Source: an uncultured Candidatus Saccharibacteria bacterium
Lineage (GTDB): Bacteria > Patescibacteriota > Minisyncoccia > Phycocordibacterales > UBA2100
Reading direction: 5' to 3'
DNA length: 59,938 nucleotides
Assembly: GCA_964528735.1 (NCBI GenBank)
Contig: CAZGUV010000004.1
Span: 5,427-65,364 of the forward strand
The notes beneath the pieces were generated by a model that was not told the DNA's origin, did not search any database, and was given only the letters and a program-made list of their open reading frames with translations. Both the position numbers and the translations under genes were made by a program. Positions 45,137-55,782 of the stretch are shown here, piece by piece (the first letter of the stretch is position 1; every line of letters begins with the position of its first letter).

Positions 45137-46270
45137 CTATAAGGGCGCTTGGAGCATTAAAATACTGATGGTAGTGATGATGACCATATATACCGTCATC
45201 GAAACCTGGCTCCGACGAGTTCGAGGGGTGTCACCGAACACTCCTGCCGCAATCTCGTGACTCACAAGCACACTCCATACGTGACCGATGATGATGCTAA
45301 GAAGCTGAAGACCCCATGTATATGTAATTATAGATTCATGAAAAAGAAACGGGATACGAGTAAGGTTGTGCGCAATGCAATAGCCCACTGCAATCGGTGC
45401 AAACGCTGGAATAAAGCGTGTAGCGAGTTGCATAATTGTATACTCACGCTCAGCACGCACATCATCGCGCATCAAGACGATTGTTATGAAATAGGTCAGA
45501 TTAAACAACGCAATCGCGCCCACAAACAGAAGTCCTGAAATGAGTATGTTTCCTTCGGGGAGATACAGTACTTCATGAATCCATTTCCAGTAATCACTGT
45601 GGATGAGCCCGTCGAAACTCGTCGCAATGATAATGGTTGAAATAAGAAGTTGATCTGCAAAATCGGGAATTTTCTGCGCGCTCGCTTTGACATATGCGGG
45701 CGCGCTCATGCCGAGTGCGAGCACCGTACGAGTTATCACATCATGCTTGAGAAACGCAACCCCCATGATACATACTCCGAGAATTACAAAACAAAGATAC
45801 AGGCCTAGAATGTACGCTAGTCCTTCGTAAGTCTGAAATGCAGGGATATAAAATTCTCCATAATATAAAATAACTAACAAAAGAGGGGCAATAGAAAACC
45901 CAAGCGAGCCATGTAACGAACGAGGAAAGAGTGCGCTGAGAGATACGACCGCGCAGAGCACAAGCGCCCCGGCCATCATGCCGAGCCACCATACATCAGA
46001 GAGTGTATGAGTGGCAACGCCTGCTCCCAGTGCAAGCACGCATACCACAACAAGCATGAACCCGAAACTTTGTGGTACTCGCATGGAATATCGAGATACT
46101 AATGACGGCATGCTTCTATATAAAGAAAAAAACACAGTAATAAGAATCGTAAAGATACCAGTAAGCACTGCCATCGAAACGGGAACAGGTGCAGGGACTA
46201 TATTTTCAGAACCGTGAGCACTCACCAGAGATGGTATGAATACAAAAATAATACTAAGTGCTCTGTGCAT
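45137..46270 (-). CDS. Hypothetical polytopic membrane protein (about 10 TMs)
   Basis: The signal-like N-terminus ends VSA|HGSE. No recognised motif. Confidence 0.45.
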   Translation of the reverse strand: MHRALSIIFVFIPSLVSAHGSENIVPAPVPVSMAVLTGIFTILITVFFSLYRSMPSLVSRYSMRVPQSFGFMLVVVCVLALGAGVATHTLSDVWWLGMMAGALVLCAVVSLSALFPRSLHGSLGFSIAPLLLVILYYGEFYIPAFQTYEGLAYILGLYLCFVILGVCIMGVAFLKHDVITRTVLALGMSAPAYVKASAQKIPDFADQLLISTIIIATSFDGLIHSDYWKWIHEVLYLPEGNILISGLLFVGAIALFNLTYFITIVLMRDDVRAEREYTIMQLATRFIPAFAPIAVGYCIAHNLTRIPFLFHESIITYTWGLQLLSIIIGHVWSVLVSHEIAAGVFGDTPRTRRSQVSMTVYMVIITTISILMLQAPL

Positions 46271-46314
46271 ACTCCAGTATAGCCAAAGAGAGGCTCATCG
46301 GCTAGAATAGCGCG

Positions 46315-46779
46315 ATGAATACACAGGCAATAGGCGCTGCGGTTATTGGAATTATCATTGGTGTAGTTGGTTCTCTCGCTTTTATGCCTCAATCATCTGG
46401 ACAAATGTCTCATGATGCACAAGCTGGGCATGAAATGAACCACAAAGGCACAGAAGTTGAAGCTGGTAAGACAATACCTACCGTCTCAATCATGGCACAG
46501 AAAGATTCGATGAGTGGTTTTAACATTCATGTCACCGCTCAGAATTTTTCTTTTACTCCTGAAAAAGCAGGTACGGATGCGGTACCAGGGCAAGGTCATG
46601 CGCATGTATACGTTAACGGCACGAAAGTGATGCGTCTCTATGGTGAGTGGGCACATATTCCTGGAGAAGCGTTTGCAGATGGAGAAAACACCATCTCAGT
46701 GACCCTCAATGCAAACGACCACAGTGATTGGCTCGTCAGCGGCGAACACATCGAAGCGAGCACAGTCGTTACAAAATAA
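46315..46779 (+). CDS. Hypothetical anchored protein with a His-rich segment
   Basis: TM anchor. SHDAQAGHEMNHKG and GQGHAHVYVNG suggest metal binding. No family assigned. Confidence 0.45.
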   Translation: MNTQAIGAAVIGIIIGVVGSLAFMPQSSGQMSHDAQAGHEMNHKGTEVEAGKTIPTVSIMAQKDSMSGFNIHVTAQNFSFTPEKAGTDAVPGQGHAHVYVNGTKVMRLYGEWAHIPGEAFADGENTISVTLNANDHSDWLVSGEHIEASTVVTK

Positions 46780-47809
46780 GCATTCCATCACCGAAGGAGA
46801 AAAAGCGGTAGTGTTCAGCTATCGCTTTTTTGTAGAGCTCGAGGAGCTTCTCTCTTCCGGTAAGCGCAGAGACGAGCATCATGAGGGATGATTGTGGTAC
46901 ATGAAAGTTTGTAATAAGTCCTGACGCCATTTTGAATACATACCCTTCTTGAATGAAAAGCTGTGTCCCTCCGTGGGGGGTGTGGCATATTCCCTGCGCA
47001 TCAAATCCACTCTCAAGCGTGCGGAGTGCCGTAGTTCCTATTGGTATAATGGGCATTCCCCTTTCCTTTGCTTCGCGTAAGACATGCTGTGTCTCATCTG
47101 GAATATTAAAGACCTCTCGGTGAAGTGCACCAGTTGCAACTGATTCTTCAGACAGTGGCGCAAATGTTCCCAGATTTACATGCAGAGTAACATACACGAT
47201 ACGTACCCCGTGCTGCTCGAGTGAAGCAAGTAGCTCATTTGTAAAATGGAGCGATGCAGTAGGTGCAGCAACAGACCCCTCAGTTCGGGCAAAAACAGTT
47301 TGATACTCTGTGCGTAGTTCAGCCTCAGTCAGCGGAGTATGCTTGAGATAGGGCGGAATAGGAGTAGTACCGACCTCCTCCAAAAGTGAGCGCCATTCAT
47401 GTGCTGCGGAAAGCTCTACGCGAGTCTCTTTTCCATTTTTTTCTTGTACACGAGCCTCAGCCCCATTGGGGAATTTCAACAAGTCTGATGGTTCAATATG
47501 TCGATTTGAAAGAATGTACGCATCGCGACCGTGTGGTGAAAATTGTGTCACAAACACTTCAACCGTTCTCCCTGCAGGGTTCACCGCAGAGAGACGCGCC
47601 GGGATGACCTTCGTATCGTTACAGACAAGCACTGCACCGTGCGGGAGATGAACTCCAATACCGGCAAATGTCGTGTGCACGACTGAGTCAGACTTACGGT
47701 TATAAACCATCAGTCGGGCACTGTCTCGTGGATGTACAGGAGCAGTCGCTATACACTCTGGTGGTACAGTGTAGTCAAAAGAAGCGAGTAGCGACTGAAA
47801 TTCATTCAT
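46769..47809 (-). CDS. queA: S-adenosylmethionine:tRNA ribosyltransferase-isomerase
   Basis: FDYTVPPECIATAPVHPRDSARLMV, PIPPYL, LHFT, VTLHVNLGTF, GTTALRTLES, SFGDGMLI. Confidence 0.9.
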   Translation of the reverse strand: MNEFQSLLASFDYTVPPECIATAPVHPRDSARLMVYNRKSDSVVHTTFAGIGVHLPHGAVLVCNDTKVIPARLSAVNPAGRTVEVFVTQFSPHGRDAYILSNRHIEPSDLLKFPNGAEARVQEKNGKETRVELSAAHEWRSLLEEVGTTPIPPYLKHTPLTEAELRTEYQTVFARTEGSVAAPTASLHFTNELLASLEQHGVRIVYVTLHVNLGTFAPLSEESVATGALHREVFNIPDETQHVLREAKERGMPIIPIGTTALRTLESGFDAQGICHTPHGGTQLFIQEGYVFKMASGLITNFHVPQSSLMMLVSALTGREKLLELYKKAIAEHYRFFSFGDGMLIL

Positions 47810-47812
47810 ATA

Positions 47813-48301
47813 CTATGAAGCACTGACACATCTCTCATGGATGCATTCATGAGGCTCAGCAATGACGACCATCCACGCATCAATTGTCTTTGTATGATTG
47901 TGCCAGTGTGTTACAAACATTTCATGAGACAGGCTGTACCCATCTCCATTTTTGGGATCTGAAAGATAGACATGCATATCATCGAGTCCTTGCACAACAG
48001 CAAAATGGCCAACGCGTGAACGAGGATTGAAGTAATTCACAATAACAGCTGCCTTCTCATGCAGATGCTTTTTGAGACAAGCGAGCGTTGCGTTTGCTTC
48101 TTCATGAGCACAGAGCCCATGCGATTGTGCAGCCTCTACAAGCGCATCATTGTCGGTTCCCTTTTTTGGCTTTGTCTTACATAGCTCAAGCAAGCAGTCA
48201 CGCTCATAGCTTTTTCCAAAAAAATCAAGCACCATTGCGAGGCATGTTGGTCCGCACGAATAGTTGTCGGGCTGCATCTGATGTGGGATCGGTATGCGCA
48301 T
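47813..48301 (-). CDS. Standalone peptidase C39-like (papain-fold cysteine peptidase) domain protein
   Basis: QPDNYSCGPTCLAMVLDFFG (catalytic Cys context) and GHFAVVQG (His). 162 aa with no transporter fusion. Confidence 0.6.
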   Translation of the reverse strand: MRIPIPHQMQPDNYSCGPTCLAMVLDFFGKSYERDCLLELCKTKPKKGTDNDALVEAAQSHGLCAHEEANATLACLKKHLHEKAAVIVNYFNPRSRVGHFAVVQGLDDMHVYLSDPKNGDGYSLSHEMFVTHWHNHTKTIDAWMVVIAEPHECIHERCVSAS

Positions 48302-48331
48302 ATACGCATGCTAGCACACGAGAAAGTGCTT

Positions 48332-49471
48332 CTACAATTCCCCATTCTTTATCCTCTCTCGGACCTGTCGCGCAAGTTCGTTCAAATAGTACACGTTATG
48401 CATAGTGATAAGTTTCATACCAGTATGCTCATGAGCGCGGATAAGATGGCTAATGAACGAACGCGTGTATTGGTGACATACCGGACAATCGCATTTTGGA
48501 TCTAATGGTTCAAATTCGTTTAAGCGCTCTCGCTTGCGCATCTCAACTCTTCCCACAGAAGTAAACGCGGTACCGTGGCGTCCGTAATGTGTAGGCGCAA
48601 TGCAATCAAACGTATCTGCACCACCACGCGCTATATAGTCAAAGTCTTCAGGGTGTCCTACACCAAGCAAATGTCGCGGTTTGTGTTGTGGCAATGCCTG
48701 TGTAGTGAGTGCTGTTGTTCGCTCAAGTGAATCCTTGTCGTATCCAAACTCACCACCAATTCCAAAGCCATCAAAATCCATCGCACCAATACTACGCGCA
48801 CTTTCTGAACGCAACTCAGGGAATGCCCCACCTTGGACTATGCCGTACAGTGCTTGATCTGTTTTCTTTGCATCAATGCATCGTTTCGCCCATCGGTGCG
48901 TACGCTCTATTGAGGTACGCATGTATTCTGCAGTTGCAAGTGGTGATGGACATTCATCAAATGCAAACATAACATCTGCACCAATTTTTTCTTGAATCGC
49001 AATAGAAACCTCTGGTGATAAAAAAAGTGTATCTCCATTGATCGGAGACTTGAACGTCACTCCTTCTTCGGTCATCTTTAATCCTTGTGGGTTCGCACCA
49101 TCCTTGAGCGTCTTTTCGTTTTCCTCTTGAAGGATCTTCCCCATGCCATGGTCTCGCCCAAATCCAAAACTAAACACTTGAAATCCTCCTGAGTCAGTGA
49201 AGATTGGCCTGTCCCAGTGAGCGTACTGATGGAGCCCCCCACCTCGCGCGACAATGTCCTCTCCAGGAGTCAAATGCAGGTGAAAAGTGTTCGCAATAAT
49301 AAGCTGCGAACCGAGCGCCTTCATCTCGGTACTATCAAGCGTGCGAAGCGATCCCCGCGTCGCCACCGGAACAAAAGCTGGGGTTTCGACATCACCATGG
49401 GGCGTGTGCAGAATTCCCACACGTGCCGCTGAACGCTTTGATTGGTGAATGAGTTCAAATGAAATCGCCAT
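48332..49471 (-). CDS. tgt: Queuine tRNA-ribosyltransferase (tRNA-guanine transglycosylase)
   Basis: VETPAFVPVAT, NTFHL, FTDSGGFQVFS, and the zinc site CDCPVCHQYTRSFISHL. Confidence 0.92.
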   Translation of the reverse strand: MAISFELIHQSKRSAARVGILHTPHGDVETPAFVPVATRGSLRTLDSTEMKALGSQLIIANTFHLHLTPGEDIVARGGGLHQYAHWDRPIFTDSGGFQVFSFGFGRDHGMGKILQEENEKTLKDGANPQGLKMTEEGVTFKSPINGDTLFLSPEVSIAIQEKIGADVMFAFDECPSPLATAEYMRTSIERTHRWAKRCIDAKKTDQALYGIVQGGAFPELRSESARSIGAMDFDGFGIGGEFGYDKDSLERTTALTTQALPQHKPRHLLGVGHPEDFDYIARGGADTFDCIAPTHYGRHGTAFTSVGRVEMRKRERLNEFEPLDPKCDCPVCHQYTRSFISHLIRAHEHTGMKLITMHNVYYLNELARQVRERIKNGEL

Positions 49472-49512
49472 AGTGGGGAGAATACGCTGAAACTACTGTC
49501 GATGCAATCACG

Positions 49513-50505
49513 CTAATGACTGTGCCGTACTCGCGGTCGTATCAGTGTAAATCGCTCCCCCGCACCAAAGAGAAGCAGCAGGAGAACTGCAGCAAAATGA
49601 GGCATGTGTCCTGCGAGCTCGATTGGACCTAATATGAAAATTGGAATCGTAAAGAATATCGAAAGCACGAGTGCATTGAGACGCGTGACGATACCAAGTA
49701 TAAAGATAAGGCCAAAAAGCGACTCGACTGCCCCCGCAGATAATGTAAACAAGTAGTCTGAAAACCAATGAAATCCTGCAAGCTGCATGAAATTCCACTG
49801 ATACATTTCCAAGAAGTGAATACCAAACTCAGGGTGAAGAATCTTTTCAGAAAATCCAAGCACCAAGAGTGTCAGTCCTGTACCCATACGCAGCACAGAG
49901 AGCGCATACGGCCGTAGCCACTCAACATGTTTCTGAAGTGCACGGACTGGAAACATATCAAAATAGTCATTGCCCATGACCAGAATAAAAAATGCTGTAC
50001 TTAAGACCCAAACGTCCTCAAGCGCGGCAATAAAGCCTGAATAACACAGTACCAAAACCCATAACCCTGCGAGCAGCATTGCTGCAAAGCGCTCGAAAAA
50101 TCCAACTAACAGCGATATGCCGATAAGTATCTGGAGAACGATAAGCCACTGGGGCATACCAAATGATGCGGAAAGATTTGGTGAAAATACATAATGATGC
50201 GTACCAGCAATGAGAAAAAATGCACCAGTAACCATCGAGAACGATGCTGCAGCACGTTGAAACGCATGACTTTTTTGTGGATGAAGAAACGAGAGCGACA
50301 AAATACCGCGTTTCTCAAAGAATACACCTACTGAGACAATACACGCGACGATGAAGCCCCATATCATCAGGTATACAGTGGTTGGTTCATCAGTCTGAAA
50401 AGGAAGTAGTGTTCCTACAGCAAACCAACGAGTATGCGCATACACACTTATGGGTACAACAAGCAGTGTAAGTAACGTAACTATCAAGCGCTTCTGGTAA
50501 TTCAT
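49513..50505 (-). CDS. Polytopic membrane protein, possibly a duplicated DoxX-like protein
   Basis: Start chosen at MNYQKRL (signal ends VYA|HTRW). Two DoxX-like hydrophobic halves. Weak call. Confidence 0.4.
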   Translation of the reverse strand: MNYQKRLIVTLLTLLVVPISVYAHTRWFAVGTLLPFQTDEPTTVYLMIWGFIVACIVSVGVFFEKRGILSLSFLHPQKSHAFQRAAASFSMVTGAFFLIAGTHHYVFSPNLSASFGMPQWLIVLQILIGISLLVGFFERFAAMLLAGLWVLVLCYSGFIAALEDVWVLSTAFFILVMGNDYFDMFPVRALQKHVEWLRPYALSVLRMGTGLTLLVLGFSEKILHPEFGIHFLEMYQWNFMQLAGFHWFSDYLFTLSAGAVESLFGLIFILGIVTRLNALVLSIFFTIPIFILGPIELAGHMPHFAAVLLLLLFGAGERFTLIRPRVRHSH

Positions 50506-50573
50506 GAGATGAGTATACCATGCGCTTATTTGCACTTTCGTACCGAGATATTTGTGCATTGCTGCGTCACTCA

Positions 50574-51521
50574 CTATTGGCTCACCACGCATGTCCTCCT
50601 GTCATTCTCAAGGCGAAAAAATTGCTTTTCATAGCTCACAATGCCCTGTGGTGTTATAAGTACAGTAACCCCCATACCCTTGCGTACTGACTCATTCCAA
50701 TATTGGTCAAATATAAAATTCCCCAAGGAGTAAAAAACAGGAACTCCTTCGATAGCTTCTGCATCTTGGATTACATGAGGATGGGCACCAATAACTAAAT
50801 CTGCCCCCGCTTCAACAAATTGCTTTGCGTATGAGCGCTGGAGTGCCGTCGGTGCAACGTACTCATCCCCCCAATGCGCAAAGACGACAGTTGTCTGATC
50901 TTTGTGCTCTGCAAGCGCATCAAGAGTATCACTGAGCTTCCCACCAAACTGATTATATGCAATCAGTGTGAACGAGACCCCGTTGATTGTAAGGTGTACT
51001 GCCTTGTTTGTACTGTCGTTCGGATCTCCTGTGTACACAATGTTTGATACATCAAGCGCTTCTCGTGTTTGCCGTATTCCTTCAGGACCAAAATCGCGTA
51101 TGTGATTATTCCCTATTGAAACAGCGACGAAGCCGCTGCGGTTGAGTGCGGAGACGACGTGAGGATTAAATGTAAATTGCGTATTACCTACTTCACCTAC
51201 TTTTTTTGAAATGCTCACCGATGGATATGATGTAATAGGGCCCTCAAGATTACCGATCACGCCATCTGCATTACTCAGTGTTTCTCCAAGGCACGAAAAA
51301 AGAAAGTCATACCCCTTTTCCTCAGCGACACGGCGTACTGATCTATCAAACATCATGTCTCCTACAAACAGTATGCGTGCCTCCGGTGTTGCTTGGGCAC
51401 TCTGGCGCGCACGATGGTGCACAACGGATGTGAGGATAGACTCAGGTTGTTCCATAGTCGCCATATAGGCTGTCGCGAGTACGAGAGCGACTAGATGAGT
51501 GTATACGATGCTGCGTCGCAT
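50574..51521 (-). CDS. CapA/PGA_cap family metallophosphatase-like protein
   Basis: ILFVGDMMFDR, GNLEGP, IGNNHIRDFG, VVFAHWGDEY, GAHPHVIQ. Confidence 0.8.
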   Translation of the reverse strand: MRRSIVYTHLVALVLATAYMATMEQPESILTSVVHHRARQSAQATPEARILFVGDMMFDRSVRRVAEEKGYDFLFSCLGETLSNADGVIGNLEGPITSYPSVSISKKVGEVGNTQFTFNPHVVSALNRSGFVAVSIGNNHIRDFGPEGIRQTREALDVSNIVYTGDPNDSTNKAVHLTINGVSFTLIAYNQFGGKLSDTLDALAEHKDQTTVVFAHWGDEYVAPTALQRSYAKQFVEAGADLVIGAHPHVIQDAEAIEGVPVFYSLGNFIFDQYWNESVRKGMGVTVLITPQGIVSYEKQFFRLENDRRTCVVSQ

Positions 51522-51542
51522 GCTCTATTGTTACATATTATT

Positions 51543-52391
51543 CTAACTTCGCTTTCCAATACCAAGTAAGTCTCGGAGTCGTGTCCAGAACGTGTGGTGA
51601 GGTGGTGTGAGCTGCTTCGATGTGCCAATTTTATCTTGTATTTGAGGCAAAGTTGCTAGGGCAGCTGCATAGCCTGCTTCAATGAGCGCATCCACATTCT
51701 TAAAATTGTGCGCATCGAAAGTCTCTGTTTTTGGCTCGATGAGTATGGCGACTGAGTTACGAAGTGCATAATCTCTATGCTGCGCAAATAGATACACACA
51801 GAGATCAATCATGTCTGGAATTGCCTTGGGAGAAAATGACTTCCCTTGCTTTGCAAGGTCTATAGCGATAATTACATCCGCTCCAGCATCAATGAGCGGC
51901 GAAATGGGAACATTCTCCACGAGACCTCCGTCAGAATAGAGCTTTCCATCAATACTTACCGGCGAAAAGAAAATTGGGATTGCAGCACTCGCCCTTACCG
52001 CAAGAGCCACATTCCCTTCTGTAAATACTTTTTTCTTTCCATTTTCTACATCGGTCGCGAGAACCATGAGAGGTATACGCGCCTCATCAAAGTTTTTATC
52101 TCCGATAGCATCGGCAAGAAGTTTCCCAAGACCTTTATTAGAGGCAAAACCAAGACGTGACTCAGGGAGTGAGGAGATGCTGAACCACCCTATATCTCGT
52201 GCGATTGACTCGATACGCTCGATTGGTGTATCAAAAGCGACACACGAAGCTACGATTGCTCCCGCAGAAGTCCCCGAGACCATATCGATAGGAACACCTG
52301 CTTCACGAAATGCTTTTATAACACCTATGTGAGCAGCTCCAAGAACCGCTCCACCACCAAACGCAATACCGATTTTAATTTTTTTATCCAT
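51543..52391 (-). CDS. Patatin-like phospholipase
   Basis: Oxyanion GGGAVLG, nucleophile elbow GTSAG, and a DGG catalytic Asp context. Confidence 0.85.
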   Translation of the reverse strand: MDKKIKIGIAFGGGAVLGAAHIGVIKAFREAGVPIDMVSGTSAGAIVASCVAFDTPIERIESIARDIGWFSISSLPESRLGFASNKGLGKLLADAIGDKNFDEARIPLMVLATDVENGKKKVFTEGNVALAVRASAAIPIFFSPVSIDGKLYSDGGLVENVPISPLIDAGADVIIAIDLAKQGKSFSPKAIPDMIDLCVYLFAQHRDYALRNSVAILIEPKTETFDAHNFKNVDALIEAGYAAALATLPQIQDKIGTSKQLTPPHHTFWTRLRDLLGIGKRS

Positions 52392-52917
52392 GCTGTTCGA
52401 GTAATTGTTTAAATCTCTTTTCTATCTTTTCAATTTTCGGCGCTATTACAATCTGGCAATATGGTGCAGTTCTGTTTTGGGCATAATAATCATGATGATA
52501 CTCTTCCGCGGGATGAAATGCAGGGAGTTGAGTGACTTCAGTTACGATTGTATCAGGATAGTCTTTCTGAATATCTGCGATACATGCTTCCGCTGATGCA
52601 CGTTGTTCATCGGATGTGTAGAAAATTACTGAGCGATACTGTTCGCCAACATCAGCTCCTTGACGATTGCGTGTCGTTGGATCATGAGATGCAAAAAAGA
52701 CCGTGAGTAAATCACTGTACGAAACTACTGAGGGGTCATACGCAATCTCTATAACTTCAGCGTGACCTGTATCACCTGCACACACCTCCTTATAGGTAAT
52801 TCGTGAATCATCCCCGCCTGCATATCCAGGTCGTACAGAGTACACCCCCTTGAGCATCCGAAATACTGCTTCGGTACACCAAAAACATCCCCCACCAAAG
52901 ACTGCTACCTCCTTCAT
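52384..52917 (-). CDS. msrA: Peptide methionine (S)-S-oxide reductase
   Basis: GGGCFWCTEAVF, GHAEVIEI, HDPTT.NRQG.D.G.QYRS. Confidence 0.92.
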   Translation of the reverse strand: MKEVAVFGGGCFWCTEAVFRMLKGVYSVRPGYAGGDDSRITYKEVCAGDTGHAEVIEIAYDPSVVSYSDLLTVFFASHDPTTRNRQGADVGEQYRSVIFYTSDEQRASAEACIADIQKDYPDTIVTEVTQLPAFHPAEEYHHDYYAQNRTAPYCQIVIAPKIEKIEKRFKQLLEQHG

Positions 52918-52929
52918 CTTGTCAGTATA

Positions 52930-54582
52930 TCACGCAGTACCTGATGATTTGCGTGCGACACTCGCCTTCATAAACGCAGTGAAGAGTGGATGTGGTCGAA
53001 GCGGGCGTGCCAAGAGCTCTGGATGAAACTGTGTACCTACCATAAACGGATGAACAGACCTTGGTAACTCTGCGATTTCCATAATGCGTGTATCGACGGG
53101 AGATGTTCCAGAAAAAACAATACCTGCATCCTTTAACTTTTGGATATACTCAGGATTAATCTCGTACCGGTGACGATGACGCTCCTCCACTTCTCCTTCA
53201 CCGTATGCTTCTCGAGCAATAGTTCCATCATGTATGGTTGCCTTCCAGTTTCCGAGCCGCATCGTTCCTCCATAGTTTTTCTGTTCTATCTTATCCTTCT
53301 GATCAGGCATAACATCTACTACTGGGTATGGAGTCTGCGGATCTACCTCAACAGTGTTCGCCTTCTCAAGACCCGCAACATGTCGTGCGTACTCGATAAC
53401 AAGCCATTGCATACCGTAACAAAGCCCGAAGTAAGGAATCTTATTTTCTCGGACGTATTTGATTGCAGAAACAAGTCCTTCCGTGCCAGTCGTCCCAAAT
53501 CCACCCGGAACAACAATGCCGTCAAACTGCGAGAGGTATGAGAGAGGTTTTACATTTTTCTCAAAATCCTTTGAGTCAATCCATTCGAGGGACGGTTTCA
53601 CACCTTCATGATATGCAGAATACTTAATGGCCTCTATGACCGAAAGGTACGCATCCGAGAGAACAAAGTCTCCCGTATCAAAGTACTTACCAACCACAGC
53701 GATTTTTATTTCCTGGTGTCCGTTGTGCGCCTTTTTCGCAAATGCTTCCCACTCACTCAAATCAACTGATGTTGTTGAATCAAGACCAAGCTCACTGAGA
53801 ATGACTTTTGAAATATTATCTCGCTCAAAGTTTTGAGGCACATCGTAGATACTCTTTACATCAGGTGCAGAGATAACATTTTCAGCCTTGACTGTGCATG
53901 CGATTGCAATCTTTTCCTTACGCCGATCATCAATCGGCACCACCGAACGTGCAATGATGACATCCGGCTGCACTCCGTATGAATTGAGTTGTCTGATTGC
54001 GTTTTGCGTTGGCTTCGTCTTCATCTCACCAAGTGTCCCTGGAACTGGTAAGTACGTCACCATAACAAAACACACATCCCCCTTTCTCTGTGCAGCCATC
54101 ACACGCGCAGCCTCAATAAACATTACGTTTTGATAGTCTCCTACAGTCCCGCCTATTTCAATGACTGAAATGTCTGATTTATTTTCCGCAGCAGCGTTTT
54201 CAATACGCGCAATGATTTCGTCGCGTACATGTGGGATTGCCTCTACACATTTACCACCATATCCAAGTGCTCGCTCTCGGGCAATAACCGACTGATACAC
54301 CATACCACTAGTCATATAGTCATACCCCGAACAATCCCTATTCAAAAAACGTTCATAGTTACCCATGTCCTGATCTGTCTCGAGCCCATTCTTTAGGACA
54401 AAGACTTCCCCGTGCTCGGTAGGGTTCATGTTCCCTGCATCCACATTCAAATAGGGATCTGCTTTCATTAAATTGACCGCATATCCGCGGGCTTGAAGTA
54501 GTTTTCCGATTGAAGCGGTGGCGATTCCTTTACCGACGCCTGACATTACGCCGCCGATAATGAATACATACTTATGCTTCAT
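52930..54582 (-). CDS. pyrG: CTP synthase
   Basis: KYVFIIGGVMSGVGKG and a glutamine amidotransferase domain (GLCYGMQ, HRHRYE). Start set at MKHKYVF. TGA stop. Confidence 0.93.
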   Translation of the reverse strand: MKHKYVFIIGGVMSGVGKGIATASIGKLLQARGYAVNLMKADPYLNVDAGNMNPTEHGEVFVLKNGLETDQDMGNYERFLNRDCSGYDYMTSGMVYQSVIARERALGYGGKCVEAIPHVRDEIIARIENAAAENKSDISVIEIGGTVGDYQNVMFIEAARVMAAQRKGDVCFVMVTYLPVPGTLGEMKTKPTQNAIRQLNSYGVQPDVIIARSVVPIDDRRKEKIAIACTVKAENVISAPDVKSIYDVPQNFERDNISKVILSELGLDSTTSVDLSEWEAFAKKAHNGHQEIKIAVVGKYFDTGDFVLSDAYLSVIEAIKYSAYHEGVKPSLEWIDSKDFEKNVKPLSYLSQFDGIVVPGGFGTTGTEGLVSAIKYVRENKIPYFGLCYGMQWLVIEYARHVAGLEKANTVEVDPQTPYPVVDVMPDQKDKIEQKNYGGTMRLGNWKATIHDGTIAREAYGEGEVEERHRHRYEINPEYIQKLKDAGIVFSGTSPVDTRIMEIAELPRSVHPFMVGTQFHPELLARPLRPHPLFTAFMKASVARKSSGTA

Positions 54583-54778
54583 CGGTTTTTCCATACCGCG
54601 CACAATACCACGTGCAGGTAGTAATTTCCATAACATGCGCTAGGCAAAATCATATCTGGTGTGTACAAGAAAAGTACTCACGGACAAAAAAAAGAAACTG
54701 TCAAATACACGTTCAAAGGAGTGTTCATCACACTCCATTGTTACGCATAAAACAGGGCTACACGCCGTCTTAAAAGCT

Positions 54779-55708
54779 CTAGACATCAAGGTATCGTCGC
54801 ACCGCAAGGAAGCTTGAGGCCGCACCAAGGACAATACCGATAGCGATAATAATCACACCGATAGTCAAAATCTCAGAGGTGAAATAGTCGTAGACGTTAA
54901 ATGTACCGAAGAAATCCTGAGTTATTGGACCAAGCCAGTACGCAATTGGCCAGAGCGCAGCAAGCGTCACTATTGCAGATACAAAACCGTAGAGCATACC
55001 TTGGACGACAAATGGGCCTCGTGTATACCATGCAGATGCCCCTACGAGACGCATGACTGCAATCTCGTCACGCGCAGTAAAGATACCAAGTCGAATAGTA
55101 TTGAAGACTATGAGCAATGACGCAAGTGCCAAAAAGAGCGCAAACGCGAATCCTGCCTTTTCGGTTGCACGAATGATGCTCGTAAGACGCTGGATAGCAA
55201 CTTTATTTTCGCCATAGTTTATCTTCTCAACAATTCCCTCTTCCCCCGCCTTCATTGCTGGAGTACTTTCAACAAATTTTACAATTGACTCATACTGGCT
55301 GGTGTCTTTTGCGCGCACCGCAAGCGTCGCTCCGAGCGGGTTACTTCCCACCTCTTCAACGGCTTGAAGCATCAATTGGTCGTCTTTATGTCGTTCTTTA
55401 AAGTTTGCAAGCGCATCTTCACGAGACGTGTACTGAACCTGAGAGACCTCAGGGAGTGCCTCGATGCTCTTTTGTAGTGCTTTAATTTTGTCTTCTGGAG
55501 CAGTAGTAAGCAGGTATATGTTTACATCAACCTTATCTCGGATCGTTGAGAGTGTATCAACAAGAGCTGCGTGCAGAAAAATCAAGGTACCGACGATAAA
55601 GAGCGTGATGGACATACTGTACACCGTTGCTGCTGTTACGAAACCGTTACGAAAGAACTCCGCAAGTCCTGATTTTGTGATACGCCTGAGTGATGTGAGT
55701 ACTGCCAT
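54779..55708 (-). CDS. ftsX: Cell division permease-like protein FtsX
   Basis: 4-TM FtsX layout with a large first extracytoplasmic loop, downstream of ftsE. Confidence 0.8.
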   Translation of the reverse strand: MAVLTSLRRITKSGLAEFFRNGFVTAATVYSMSITLFIVGTLIFLHAALVDTLSTIRDKVDVNIYLLTTAPEDKIKALQKSIEALPEVSQVQYTSREDALANFKERHKDDQLMLQAVEEVGSNPLGATLAVRAKDTSQYESIVKFVESTPAMKAGEEGIVEKINYGENKVAIQRLTSIIRATEKAGFAFALFLALASLLIVFNTIRLGIFTARDEIAVMRLVGASAWYTRGPFVVQGMLYGFVSAIVTLAALWPIAYWLGPITQDFFGTFNVYDYFTSEILTIGVIIIAIGIVLGAASSFLAVRRYLDV

Positions 55709-55782
55709 ATTGCTTAGTATAGAACAAATGATGAAAAGATAAAGCGCTCCCTACACACGCACGAACCCTTCACTTCACGATT

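Noticed and set aside
52930-54582. Possibility of an alternative genetic code (UGA recoding, as in some candidate phyla)
   Set aside because: pyrG and other conserved genes terminate at TGA at the expected C-terminus. Long conserved genes contain no in-frame TGA, and an RF2 gene is present. The standard code 11 fits.
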